Source: Octopus vulgaris (Eukaryota). Taken from it: a stretch of 64,000 bases of DNA. The stretch is from positions 82,956,001 to 83,020,000 of the forward strand of contig OX597825.1 of NCBI GenBank assembly GCA_951406725.2. Direction: 5' to 3'. Under the pieces are notes generated by a model. The model had not been told where the DNA came from, did no database searches, and saw only the letters and a list, made by a program, of their open reading frames with translations. Shown here one piece after another: positions 28,535-41,811 of this stretch. Each line of letters starts with the position of its first letter. The first letter of the stretch is position 1. The position numbers and the translations under genes are program-made.

Positions 28535-28982
28535 GCATGTCTGTGTGGTAAGAAGCTTGTTTCGCAACCACATGTTTCCGGTTTTGGTTTAGTCCCGCTG
28601 CGTGGCACCTTGGACAAGTGTGTTCTACTTCGGGAAACCAAAGTTTTGTGAATGGATTTAGTAGACGGAAACTGAAAGAAGCCCGTTGTATATATATATA
28701 TATGTATGTATGTATTTGTGTGTGTGCTTGTATCTGTTTGTTCTCCACCATCGACTGAAAACCGATGTTGGTGTGTTTACGTCCTCTAATCTTAGGTGTT
28801 CGGCAGAGGAGAGACCGATAGAGTAAGCACCAGGCTTACAAAGATTTGTCGTTTTTTTTCTTCTTTTTAACGTAACAGGTTAGTAATTCTGGACGTTTTG
28901 CTGGACGTTTTGTTCGACTAAAAGGCGATGATCCAGCATGGCCACAGTCAAATGACTGAAACAAGTAAAATAGTAAAAGAGT
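28535..28982 (+). mobile_element. SINE family B with a templated insertion
   Basis: B head and tail. The segment ~28850-28905 is replaced by sequence matching ~27893-27944. Confidence 0.85.
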
Positions 28983-30004
28983 ATTTAAACTAGGTATATT
29001 ATTTGTATTGCAACCAAGCTCTAGATAAAAAATTTGAGCGAAATATTTGGATCTCTTTATTAGTGAGTGGACATATGGCTGATTTTCCAACATTGAGTAA
29101 AAGTCACTTTCGTTTCATTAAAATAATCTTCTTTTATGTATTTATATTTTTCTGTTGCCATACATGCAGAGAACACGTTTGTAATATTCAGCGAGAGGAT
29201 GCGCTGAGCCAGCAAAGAGTGAGATCTAAAGCAGCAGAACATCACATATGGAACAGAAAATAGAAAACTGAATTAAATTCAGAAAGTTTCTGAGGAAGAA
29301 AAGTATATTTACAGCAATACATATTAAAATGATAACAGACTTACAAAAGAAATTTCTTAAGGCAAATGTATATCTCACCGTTAAGAGAGTAAGTATTAAT
29401 AATATTTTATGATATATAATCTCAATAATTTTTCGAGAAAGCAAACGGAGAAACAACAGAGATGGCAAATTTGTAGAATAAATCTTTCATAACAAACATA
29501 TTTTCAACAGTTAGTTCTATTTAATCTTATTCCACGTAGGTTTCTTTGCTTCATTAATAATTCTCTGTCCACTGTCTGCTCGTCTGTGCGTCGATCTGTC
29601 TCTTTCACTGTTTCATATTTACCTATGAACCTCTTTATTAATTCATATTAGATTAAATATATGCGTAGGTGCTTGTGTGTGTATTTAAACAATCATATCT
29701 ACACACGCACGCACACACGCAAGCACACCAACACACTCACATATGTCATTCTGTTCACTCACACATCTTGTGCAAGAAATGTGTGGATGGAAATTTCATA
29801 GAAGCTCATAGGTTATACCGAACCTGTAATTCAATATTGACAGCATTGTCACACACTGTGTGGAACTGATTCAGTCAGAGAATTACGTTAAAAGCACCAG
29901 TGTCTCTGAAAAGTTCTGCCAGTTATTCGTTAAATTGCCAGCGAATAATTTAGTTCATGAAACAATGGAATTATTATCATTAAACGACGAAGAAACGCCT
30001 ACAC

Positions 30005-30056
<52 letters not shown>

Positions 30057-30241
30057 GCGTGTGTGTGTGTGTGTGTGAAGTATATTTGCCACTTATATGT
30101 GGCTAACCACTAAGGCTGGATGCTACTGTAGCTTGTAACACCAGGAGAACATCTTCTCCAGCTGGCTCCTGACACACTTTCTGTGCCCTATCGGTATTCG
30201 TAAAGAGAAGCCGTCCTTCCCATCGTCGACCTGATGTGATA

Positions 30242-30286
30242 CGCACGGACCCGAGTTTCTGGGTATTTACCCGTCGTCAGCGCACG
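30242..30286 (-). ncRNA. Minimal type-I hammerhead ribozyme (family H3)
   Basis: Minus strand reads CGTGCG-CTGACGA-C-GGG(TAAATA)CCC-A-GAAA-CTCGGG-TC-CGTGCG: 6-bp stem I with two G-U pairs, intact core, GUC triplet. Confidence 0.8.
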
Positions 30287-31216
30287 ACAATCACCGGTCC
30301 CAATGCAAAAACATATATCTTTTTTCCAGTGACGAAATACATATATAGATATTTCTGTGTGTGTGTGTGTGTCTGCGTGTGAGTTAAGGCATGGCTAAAT
30401 GTAAAACTGGGCTTCTGCACAAACGCACTGGCCGACCAATGGTTTGAGTGAATTTACCAGATAGAAGCTGTGTTGAAGAGCGTGCGAATTTGCTCTTCAG
30501 AGACGCGTACGTTCCACGATCCGATGACGTAATTCATGGACCAATGTTATTCACACATGTTGTTTAAGCGGAGGAATTTTTTCTGAGATAACTTCCGCAG
30601 TGAATGTTCTTCACACGTTCGCGTACATCACATATCATACGTCCATGTATATTATATATCAATCTTCATATATATATATATGTATATATATAACACAGAC
30701 ACACAGCTGACCATATCCTGAATAGAAACTAGTTAGTCAATGCGACAGACTTCTTTTGAATAGAATTCCTTCGACTTGAACCCTTGAACCCCACCACAAA
30801 ACCCATAGACAAACCATATACAAGAAGTGACTCTAAAGTAAAATTTCACTATGCACTAAAATATGGGTACAAGCTGTTAAACCCCAATTTCTTTTTCTAT
30901 TTGACTGCCTAAAAAATTCAAAGACGGATACATCGAAACCGGTTATATTCTAAATCACTCACTGTAACCAAAATATTAAACATTCTCTATAATATACTTT
31001 TGTAACTTTTCCAAATTTATTTACTTTTCTAACAAAACTCTTTCATTTGTACAGACTATTAACCCCTTTTCAAATAAATGTGTATATTCAATTCAACGCT
31101 GCTTCAATTAAATCGAGGTTAACCAAGCTTTATGAACGTCGGCAAATTTACTATTTGCTGTCCTTATCTATCAGAACTGTCGTTTCGTCTCGACTGAGAA
31201 AGATGAATTCTGTGTT

Positions 31217-31260
31217 CATCACTGATGACGCGTAGCAACTCGAAATTCGACTATCTGATG
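31217..31260 (+). ncRNA. Hammerhead ribozyme-like motif (family H4), partly decayed
   Basis: CATCA-CTGATGA-CGCGTAGCAACTC-GAAA-TTCGACTA-TC-TGATG: perfect stem I and core; stems II and III imperfect. Confidence 0.6.
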
Positions 31261-31879
31261 GCGTCATCCATAGCTCTATTAGGTTTCACATATAATGTCG
31301 GTTAGAAGAAGTTTCCTAAAACACTTCTTCCGGAATGAAAGATTGTTTCATATGCGTATCTACATGGACGTGTTAAATATCATTGTACATGGATATAGTT
31401 TATTCAACACTGCTTCGTGCTACTCTAATATTATGTTAAATTACATCATATCATATTATATTGCAGTATTAAGCTATACATTACGTGCTGCTCGAGATGT
31501 ATATCCCTTTAAAAGTATCATATTACTAGAGTATAGTGATGAAATTGATTTCAAAAATAGTATCGCCATATTATGTGACGTATAAGATGTTTATTGATAT
31601 TAATTTACTGACAAAAAAAAATCAAAAAATAAAGGAAAGAAATATGAGAATTTATTTATCAAGCATGTGAATTTATTTATCGCATCATTGCGTGGAATAA
31701 ATAAATAAATATTTGCTGTTTATTTCCTTTTTATTAGCAATGATGAAGTACATAATAATGGTTTATAAAGTATCATAGTGTTACTAATGAACCGAGACAG
31801 CAACAGGACGATCTCTCTATGATGAAAAATTTGCACTTAGGAAAATAAATTTGGGGAGTAAAGAGCATATATGCATAAC

Positions 31880-32109
31880 ATAGTCGTGACTGCGGGGTAA
31901 GAAGCGTCCTTCCCAAGCACATGATTCCAGAATAAATCCCACCGTGAAGCACCTTGGGCCGATCAAAGCGTTGTGAAGATTTCGTTGTGGAAAAAACTGA
32001 AAGAAGCCAGTCCATTATATTTAGACGCAAGCGTGGCTGTGTGGTAAGTTGCTTGCTTCCCAAAGACATGGTACCGAGTTCATTCCCACGGCGTGGCACT
32101 TTGGGGCCG

Positions 32110-32160
<51 letters not shown>

Positions 32161-32330
32161 GGTATATGTGTGTGCGTCTTTGTGTCTATTTGTTCCCTCA
32201 CCACCGCTTCACAACCGATGTTGGTGTATTTACGTCTTCGTAACTTAGCGGTTCGGCAACAGACTAGTAGAATAAATACTAGGCTTAAAAGTTAAGTAGT
32301 TTGATTGATTTATTCGACTAACATTTTTCA
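31880..32330 (+). mobile_element. Two tandem diverged SINE family B pieces
   Basis: Two B-type heads (~31885 and ~32030) followed by one tail. Confidence 0.7.
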
Positions 32331-32822
32331 AGGCGTTACATAGAATAACTCTCTATAGAAAGATAGACTACAGTATAGGCTATATGATGTATAGATGGCT
32401 TATATTACAGTAATGGCTTTCCATAGCAAAGTCTCAATCGTGATAGTATAATCTTCGATTAACTGAGACTATCCCTACACTCAGAACTCAAACATTTCCC
32501 CTAAGAGTCATTGAAACCCTTTGAAAAGACAGCAAGTGCAATATTCCCGGTAATGCCGTTGTGTGTATGTAGGTGTGTGAGTGAGATTTAAGACGACGCA
32601 GACAGAATTGGAAACGCTGTACTCTCTCACCTGATCTAAAACAGGAGTTTTGGAGATTTATTTAGATACGACAATGTATTAGGTGAAAAAAATCTACTCT
32701 TTCCTCCGCTCGATCTCGCTAGAAGCAGTCAAATATTTATTCCTACTCTAAGGCAGAATGCACAAGTCACATATATGACGAGCGGAATTCTCTATTACCT
32801 CTGTAACTGTACACTCCTGTAA

Positions 32823-32885
<63 letters not shown>

Positions 32886-33030
32886 CTAAAGATGGGGAAA
32901 GTCCAGTTTATAGGATTTTTCATAATTGGTGTGCTTAAACCGAGCTTCCCCATTGTTTATATATATAGCTCTACATCTTAGAGTGTCTGTCTTCTTTCAG
33001 ATTTACCCTGTTTTCAAACTATATATATAC

Positions 33031-33112
<82 letters not shown>

Positions 33113-33144
33113 TTTATTTTAGGCAGCAGAAAATTCAACAAAAT

Positions 33145-33182
33145 CTGTTACTCTGAGTTTCTTGTTGCCGTTCATCAGACAG
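33145..33182 (-). ncRNA. Minimal type-I hammerhead ribozyme (family H5, inverted copy)
   Basis: Reverse complement of 33378-33415 with one stem II substitution. Confidence 0.72.
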
Positions 33183-33377
33183 TTTTTGCTAGCATTTAGA
33201 ATATTTTATGGAATCTTGATAATTGATGTTAAAGAAGTCTGTACCCGTATTCTATATCGTACAATAATATTGTATATACAGTAATATCAACAAAGAGGAT
33301 ATTGGTGTTCAAATGTCTGTCGACATGACAAGCAAATCGACATGACAAGCAAATCAACAGTTTTTTGCTAGCAAAAA

Positions 33378-33415
33378 CTGTCTGATGAACGGCAACGAGA
33401 AACTCAGAGTAACAG
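33378..33415 (+). ncRNA. Minimal type-I hammerhead ribozyme (family H5)
   Basis: CTGT-CTGATGA-A-CG(GCAA)CG-A-GAAA-CTC(A)GAG-TA-ACAG: stem I extends via AAAA/TTTT, short stem II capped by a GNRA loop, GUA triplet. Confidence 0.8.
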
Positions 33416-33517
33416 ATTTTGTTGAATTTTCTGCTGCTTAAAATAAAGCATATTACTCTACCACTGGTATTTGAGTACTCTTTTTTCCACCTTGTTTCAC
33501 GTTTATGTGTTTACTCC

Positions 33518-33558
<41 letters not shown>

Positions 33559-34589
33559 ATGTGTGTGTGTGTGTGTGTGTGTGTCTGTGTGTCTGTCTGT
33601 CCGTGTGTGTGTGTATATGTTATTTACTGTGGGCATATGTGAATGATTATGAGGAAGTTAATGTGTGTGTGTCTTCGAGTCAGTGTTTGTCCTTTATATC
33701 ACTTAACAACCAGCGTTGGTTTGGTTGCATTCCCATAACTGAGCAGCTCGGCAAAACAGATATAGACATGGTAACTACCATACAAAATCAAGCAACAAAA
33801 ACAAAATACATATGTTGCTCCTGCTTGGCCGCATTACAATGATTAAAATAAATAAAACATAAAAAATAGATAAGGCGTTTACTTAGAATTTTTTTTTGCT
33901 TTAGCTCACCGTTACACCCTCTTCAGTTGTACGAGTGTGAAGAAAATAACATGAGGGCGATTTGGGTACTACTTCTTGCGAATCGTAAGATTACATTGAT
34001 ACTCCATTGTTGACTCATATCATTCGCTGTTTCATTCCTAATAACTACGTAGAAGAGGGAGAAAGCTGTATCGCTGTTGGCAATCATAATGGAACCTAGG
34101 CATGGAGTAGCTGTGTCTGGAGAGGGTGGAGAGAGAGGCAGGACGGCATAATTACAAAGTCAGACCATCTGTCACGTTGTTTCATTAATATTAGATTTAC
34201 CTTATCTTATCTAACTTGAAATAAATTTAAATGGAACCCAACAAGAAACGCTGTAACGAATGCATTTATTTACATTGCTGTTCACTGGAAATGAGATGGA
34301 GAACGACAAAACGAGGGGAGTCGCTTCTTCCCATTTGGATGCGAGAGAGGGGGAGAAAGAAAGGGAGAGACAGACAGTGACAGACACAGAGAAAGAGAGG
34401 GAGAGAGAGAGACAGACAGAAACAGAGAAAGAGAGAGAGGGAGAGAAAAAGAATGGAAATGACATAACTGGAGACATGACTTCATATATCGTTTACATGT
34501 GTGTGTGTGTATATACATATATATATATATGTGTATATATGTGTTTGTGTGTTATATGTGTGTATGTATGTATATGGATAAGAATATGC

Positions 34590-34673
<84 letters not shown>

Positions 34674-35064
34674 GTGTAAAGATATATGTGCATGTATATA
34701 TGTATGTATGTATGCATGTATGTATGGATGTATATATATATATGTATGTATGCATATATGTATGTACGTGTGCATGTATGCATGCATGCAGGTATGTATG
34801 CATGTATGCATGTATATATATGTATATATGCATATTAATATGCATTTGTTTACGTTTTCATTTGCTTCTCTTTGTCGTTGGACAGCAGCCATATTGTGCA
34901 CGCGTCCCGAAGTAATCTTTTGTCAAATAAAACTACCTCAGTACATCACCGATACAGGAACGTAAACAAAACAGCACCGGTTGCCAAGCGGTGATGGGTG
35001 GGGGACAAACACAGAAACACACATGAATATATATAAATACATTATATATATACATATATACATA

Positions 35065-35101
<37 letters not shown>

Positions 35102-35245
35102 GGGGATGTACTTGCATAGCAAGTGACCTGATCTGAGATTGTGTGCTGGAACGAAATCAGTTCTAGCGTCGAAAATATTTATAAGGCATTTAAGAAACAC
35201 ACATAAACCGCTAGATTCGATTCACTTCAACAGTTAAATTTGATT

Positions 35246-35292
35246 TGCCAAAATATTTTCGGTCCTTTCAGACCGCGAACTCTTCAGTGACA
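35246..35292 (-). ncRNA. Hammerhead ribozyme-like motif (family H6)
   Basis: Minus strand reads TGTCA-CTGAAGA-GTTCGC-GGTC(TGAAAG)GACC-GAAA-ATAT-TT-TGGCA: stem I TGTCA/TGGCA, palindromic AAATATTT stem III, irregular stem II. It lies in a ~220-bp island (35100-35320) between (TA)n tracts. Confidence 0.62.
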
Positions 35293-35429
35293 ACATTCCG
35301 TGCTGCATCTGAGAAAGTAGCATATATATATATATATATACTCACACATGTATATATATATCATAAACATGTGTATATATCACACATATATATATATATA
35401 TACATGTATGTGTGTATGTATGTATATAT

Positions 35430-35501
<72 letters not shown>

Positions 35502-36940
35502 GCGCATGACAGACAGGCACGTATGCATACACATGTTTAATGCAACCATTTATTGAGACCCGAGAATGTCGTAAATCGCCATGGTTATCTTTTCAATTTA
35601 TACTTTCAGCATTCTCGACATTATCATCATTCTCATCACACCAAATGCATATATTTTGCCGATCTGATAGACATGCATTCATTAGCAATCCATGATGCAG
35701 TTTGTCTTGTTGAGCAAAAGAAAAGCATTCTCTGTTAGTCTCAGAGCTTCGCCTTCATATTTACAAACGTACATACATACATACATACATATATACATAC
35801 CCATATAAATATATATATATATATATATGTGTATGTATGTATGTATGTATGTATGTATGTATGTATATGTAAAAAATGCAAACTGGGACAAGAACGCAAA
35901 ACATTTAGAAGACGATACAAAAAGCCTTCAATCTTCAGTCAAGAACCGGAACATCATCGCAATTTCGGCTATATATATATATATTTATATGTATGTATGT
36001 ATGTATGTAAGTGTATATGCATGTATGTAATACACATATGTGTGTGTGTGTATATATGTGCGTATATATATATATATATACATATATATGCGTCTGTGTG
36101 TATGTGTCTGTGTGAGTAATTTTTAAGTGGACACGTTGACATTTTGCTAAGATAGTGCAGAAACGTGATATAGAGATACAGAAAGAATTGTCGTATAAAT
36201 GACAGAAAGAAAGAAAGAGAGGCAGAGAGAGGAAGAAACGGAGAGAGAATGAAAGAAAGTGAAAAGGGAGAAGTGGTAGAAATGTGTTGAATAACATTTA
36301 GAATATTTTATGGAATCTTGATAATTGATGTTAAAGAAGTCTGTACCCGTATTCTATATCGTACAATAATATTGTATATACAGTAATATCAACAAAGAGG
36401 ATATTGGTGTTCAAATGTCTGTCGACATGACAAGCAAATCAACATGTCTAATGTCTAACATATTCTTATATGGAACTGTCATAATATTATCGCATCAAAT
36501 AGCAGTGTTGTTGTTGTCTTTCCTTGCCATTTCTTTAATCTTTATTCATGTTTGCTTTATTCGTTTCAATAGATCTATGTTTAATGTATGAGAAGTAAAT
36601 ACAAATTTTGTCACGGACTGCCAGCCTATAATGATTTACCTGCAATTAACTTCGTTTTATCCTGAGATGATAAAACGTGAAAAAAAAAAGAAAAAAAAAC
36701 AAACATGACAAAACGTTTTAAAAACGTTCAGTTGCGTTGCACTTAAGAACTCTTCATTACGTTTAGCAACCACAAGACTTTGTAGAATAATCATGAAGTG
36801 GATTTATTTGTTATTGATGTTGGTAAACCTCAGATAAGCTCCAGATCAACCTACTTAACATCAAAAATTCACAGAATATCGTCTTATCGTAATTTTCCAG
36901 AGTCCTACATATTAAGGACTATATTGTCAAGTTTCAAGTC

Positions 36941-37140
36941 GGCACGTGGCTTAGTGGTTAGCGCATTCGGCTCATGATCGTAAGGTCGTGAGTTCGATTC
37001 CCGGCGACGCGTTGTGTCCCTGAGCAAGACACTTTATTTCACGACCCCAGTACATAACTGGTACTTATTAAATGGACCCCGAAAGGATGAAAGGCAAAGT
37101 CGACCTCGACGGAATTTGAACTCTGCCAGCTCGCCGCCTT
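36941..37140. mobile_element. Chimera of a family C head (+) and an internally deleted family A copy (-)
   Basis: GGCACGTGGCTTAGTGG..GAGTTCGATTCCC..CACTTTATTTCACG is joined directly to ACCCCAGTAC..GCCAGCTCGCCGCC. Confidence 0.8.
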
Positions 37141-37169
37141 ATTTCTCTAATATATTGATCATATTCTGA

Positions 37170-37395
37170 TGAAGTTGTTAGTTGTCGGAGCACTGCATCC
37201 TTCAAAACTTCCATGCTTCCTGACATTCGCCAACACTGGACCTGATTTTCTCCCCTCCATACACACGCAAGCATGCATCTGACTCATACACTGTTCACTT
37301 TCCAGACATTTGTACATTACTGTATATGCTTTATACGCACTTTTGACAAGTTGTGATGCACCTGTGCACTGTATACAATAATTTCATTATCATAT
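37170..37395 (+). mobile_element. 3' end of a CR1-like LINE
   Basis: Peptide VVSCRSTASFKTSMLPDIRQH is similar to CR1 ORF2 C-termini (VV...S..SFK), followed by a UTR ending in CAATAATTTCATTAT. Confidence 0.55.
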
Positions 37396-37935
37396 TACAA
37401 CTAGCAATTTAGCATTAATTAATTTAGTGACACCGGAAGTATAGAAAGATACACATTGCTATGATGGGATCCGAACTCAAAACGCATCACGAAACATTAC
37501 AGCGAATATTTTTTCCCATTGCTCCACATAATTATCCATCCAACACACTAATAACCACCCGTATCGATTACTTAATGTAGACAAAAGATCAAAAACGACA
37601 TAGACGATGGTATCGACTACAATACTAGACTAGTACTTTATTTCATTGATCATGGAAGTTTGAAAGGAGAATTTGACCTCAGCAGGATCCGAATTCAGAA
37701 GTCAAAAGGCAGTAAGTGAACGGCACAAAGCATTTTGTTCGATGCGTCGATGATCTCGCCCATTCCACACACCAGACTCTATAAGTTTTAGTCTAACATT
37801 AAATGATAACGAGCTTCGCAAACTTAGTTATTGATATAACATCAATGGTTGACGAACTGTAAGCACCAATAAAACAACAATCTAATAAATTTACTTTCAA
37901 ATGTGTGTGCTTGAATGCATGTGGAATGTGTGTGC

Positions 37936-37974
<39 letters not shown>

Positions 37975-38194
37975 AGTAAGTGCGTGTGTGTGTGTGTGTG
38001 TGTGTGTAAACCTACGTAGTAAACACAAAAATATGGCAGGCTTAACTATTTCTTCGGAGGCCGGAGAGACAACGAACAGCCTTACTTGACTGTCAACGCT
38101 TGATGAGGTCTCAACTGACGGATCCCAGAGAAATAAGCATCAAATAAGTATCGAACCTACAAACACAGTAGCCTTACGTATACATATCTATCTG

Positions 38195-38249
<55 letters not shown>

Positions 38250-38270
38250 GTCTGTCTGTCTGTCTCCCTG

Positions 38271-38306
<36 letters not shown>

Positions 38307-38319
38307 CCTACCTATGTAC

Positions 38320-38383
<64 letters not shown>

Positions 38384-38392
38384 ATATCTATA

Positions 38393-38425
<33 letters not shown>

Positions 38426-38460
38426 GTCGTAACATTACAAGAGAATCAAAGTGCATTCAC

Positions 38461-39474
38461 CAGGACTAATGCAGATTCGCACCTCTCCTTCAAAAATGCA
38501 CTTTTTTGCCAAAAGTTTTTTTCGGATTCCAACGTTTTAGGCGTTGGAGATTAAGAATATGCAAATCCCCCCCACCGCCTCCCACCCTCCGAATTAGAAT
38601 TTTTGATTTTGTTTACTTTAAAGAGATCGAAGCAAATTGACGAACATATGCAAATCAAAATTAAATACTGACAAAAACATTAAAGGGAAAAGAATTTGCG
38701 TTTTACTTGTGTTTGCCTTAAATAATCGTAAATAATGATTTAATGTAAATTAAATATACACCATTTTATGAGAAACAAACATTAATGTTTAATAATTAAT
38801 GTTATAAAGTTTAATAAGGGGCTCAAATTTCACCCCTCCACAGATTTTAAATTTTGAACTTTTTCATTCATTTATTTATTTATCTGTCTATCTATTTATT
38901 CCTGTCCATTTTTTCATAAAATATATTTGTCAATTGAATATGGCGGTCGTGTAGAAGACGGTGTTACTGTTGTTTTTAACACAAAGAAGACATTCACATC
39001 TATCTATCTCTTTATACACATATCTATATGCTTATATAAGGCAGCGAGCTGGCAGAAACGTTAGCACGCCGTGTGAAATGCTCAGCGGTATTTCGTTCGC
39101 CGCTACGTTCTGAGTTCAAATTCCGCCGAGGTCGACTTTGCCTTTCATCCTTTCGGGGTCGATTAAATAAGTACCAGTTACGCACTGGGTTCGATATAAT
39201 CGACTTAATCCATATGTCTGTCCTTGTTTGTCCTCTCTGCGTTTAGCCCTTGTGGGTAGTAAAGAAATATATCTATATACTTATTGAATTTAAAATTTTG
39301 AAAACGTGGTTTCTACCATTTCGGAATCGCCGTCATATGAAACATAGGGAAAAAAAAGTTCGAAAACGTTCAAAATTTTTTAATTGCATATTCATAATCT
39401 CCGACATCTAAAATGTAGGAATCCGAACTTTAAATGCATTTTCAAGGAGATTGTGCGAAACTGTATTATCCCTC
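38461..39474. mobile_element. Non-autonomous DNA transposon with ~100-bp TIRs
   Basis: 38461-38565 aligns to the reverse complement of 39382-39474 (TTCGCAC..CTCCTT..AAAATGCA..TTCGGATTCC.AC.TTTTAG..GGAGATTA.GAATATGCAA). Flanks are ATTCAC and ATTCAT. Confidence 0.8.
39040..39268 (+). mobile_element. SINE family A nested in the long-TIR element
   Basis: Full unit with TSD TATCTATAT(G/A)CTTAT. Confidence 0.93.
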
Positions 39475-39589
39475 ATTCATCTTTGCCGGGTTAAGTGTTC
39501 AAGAATAAGTGTTATAGAAATTAATATAGCTTCAGGCATGGCATTGTTGCAAGGAGTTTGCTTCCCAAGTACGTAGATCCGGGTTCTGT

Positions 39590-40097
39590 CTGGGGGACTC
39601 GGCTGAAAGGCATGAAGACAGATTCATTTCTCTTTGGTGGAGGTCTCATTGGATCCTTCATGAAAAGTTTCATTTGAAAAGGAAATTAGCGGTGGAAGGT
39701 GAAGTGCTGTCCTCGAGTGAGTTTATTGAAATGTGAATTGAAAGGTGAAAGAAAGGGGTGGATGGTACCATTCTATGTGTAGGCCTGTTAGTCGCAGAAA
39801 GGGAACTGGAGAGGGCACTTGTTCTTGATGTTCAGGGAGATCTGGGTCAGCGGGGTTCCTCAATTATCCCTAAAGTTCATTATGCATGGGGAGAACTACA
39901 TCTCTCTCACAACCCCCTTTTTAAAACCTTTTTTTATCCTATGCATCATTCCTTTCCTTTATAGTGTATACCATATAAACTTACTCCATATTTTATCTAT
40001 TAATTTTTTATTTTATCTTTTCATTATATGTAAACCACCGCACTTTGTTTTGTATTGTCCCCCTCATCCTGCGCCCTGGTGGTAAATAAATGAAATT
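39590..40097 (+). mobile_element. 3' end of an L1/Tx1-like LINE
   Basis: Residual peptide WGTRLKGMKTDSFL..FHLKRKLAVEGEVLSSSEFIE, then a T-rich 3' UTR and AATAAA. Follows a truncated B-type head at ~39535-39590. Confidence 0.55.
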
Positions 40098-40152
40098 ACT
40101 CTTAGTATCATCATCATTATCATTATCATCATCATTATTATTATCATTATTA

Positions 40153-40192
<40 letters not shown>

Positions 40193-40217
40193 TACTATTA
40201 CTATTATTATTATTATT

Positions 40218-40772
40218 GAGTGAGCGAGCAGAGCATGCCATCAAAGTGACACTGGGGTAAAATATACGAAGCCCAGTATACCCATCATGACTACCCGTCT
40301 GATAAGGGTACACCAGGCACATGCATCACAACCATATGTGCGCGACATGGTGATCTCTTATCAAGATAAACAGCACATGACCTTGCAGGTGGAGCCCAGT
40401 TAGAATTTTCTTCAGATCGAGTAACCCATCCCGCTCAAACGGTCCCTGAATAAGGGTTGTTTAAGGATGTTGAAAGAACCACCCATGTTTCCAGAGGTGA
40501 ATTATTCAAACCCCAAAGAATCCCTCTCAACACATGGCTATGATGCTCCCCCACTACTTCTGCTCGTGATCAGAGATGCACATATCGTCAGTCACTAAGG
40601 GACATGCTCAACTGGTTAAGGTCAAACAACTGACAAGCAAATCTGTGGTATTGAGCAGAATATTTGCTGTAGCCCATCTTTTATACCAAGACAAAACAAT
40701 GTACATGATAACACTTCCAATCAGTTAAGATCAGAAGCCATGAGAGCCACTGCCTGGTACTGCATCAGGGCA
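40218..40772 (-). mobile_element. ~555-bp non-coding element embedded in (AAT)n (family D)
   Basis: Reverse complement is highly similar to 58872-59420 over its full length. Both copies have (AAT)n on both sides. Confidence 0.9.
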
Positions 40773-40861
40773 GTTATTATTATTATTATTATTATTATCA
40801 TTATTACTATTACTATTACTATTATTATTATTATTATTATCATTATTACTATTACTATTAC

Positions 40862-40912
<51 letters not shown>

Positions 40913-40921
40913 TACTATTAC

Positions 40922-40975
<54 letters not shown>

Positions 40976-41110
40976 CATTATTACTATTACTATTACTATT
41001 ATTATTATTATTATTATTATTATTATCATTATTACTATTACTATTACTATTATTATTATTATTATTATTATTACTATTACTATTATTATTATTATTACTA
41101 TTACTATTAC

Positions 41111-41158
<48 letters not shown>
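40773..41158. repeat. (TTA)n microsatellite with recurring ATC/ACT variant blocks
   Basis: Direct reading. Confidence 0.95.
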
Positions 41159-41811
41159 CGTCGTCGTCGTCGTCGTTGTTGTTATTGCTATTGCTGCTGT
41201 TATTAAGAGCAGGAAACCTGTAGGAATTGGTAGATACAAAAATTAATGGAAAAAATGCAAAGAGATGCCTCAGGTGGATGAGGAGACGTGTTGAGGACTG
41301 AAATTCGAGGACGATTTCATCCTCCTTAATTTGAGACAGTTGAAACGGTAATTTTCTTCAACAGAAAACCAATCATAATCCCCGCAGCAGTGCTATTCCT
41401 TAAAAACCTACTGTAATTTTCTCTTTCGTAGCTCTGATACGCAGCAATCAATTTTAGATTGCATTTTTATAATATCGCTTAACACTTCCCCAATCATGAT
41501 TCCAAAATGTTTGCCAAAACTCTTGAAGATTTACATAGTTATTATTGACAAATTAAGAGCATTTTTCTTTTTTTTTTCTTTTCTTTTTCTTTCAGCGAAT
41601 GAAATAGTTTTGAACAGTATTGGAGCTACATTAAGTTGCAGTTTGTTGGAGGAGGGTGACATACAGGTAATACTGTTTCCGGTTTCGTTTCAATCATTAA
41701 TAGGTGCAATGAATGGCGTGCAATATGAAGAAGCGTCAACATAAAATAACTTAAAGTATTTATTGAATCCACAACAATATTGCAGCAAATGTGTAATGGA
41801 ATATAAAAGTA

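Larger units (their letters stand above)
33112..33520. mobile_element. Inverted H5 pLTR-type element with captured spacer
   Basis: Arms 33112-33193 and 33367-33449 are reverse complements, and the right arm extends to ~33520. Flanked by (TA)n. Confidence 0.7.
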
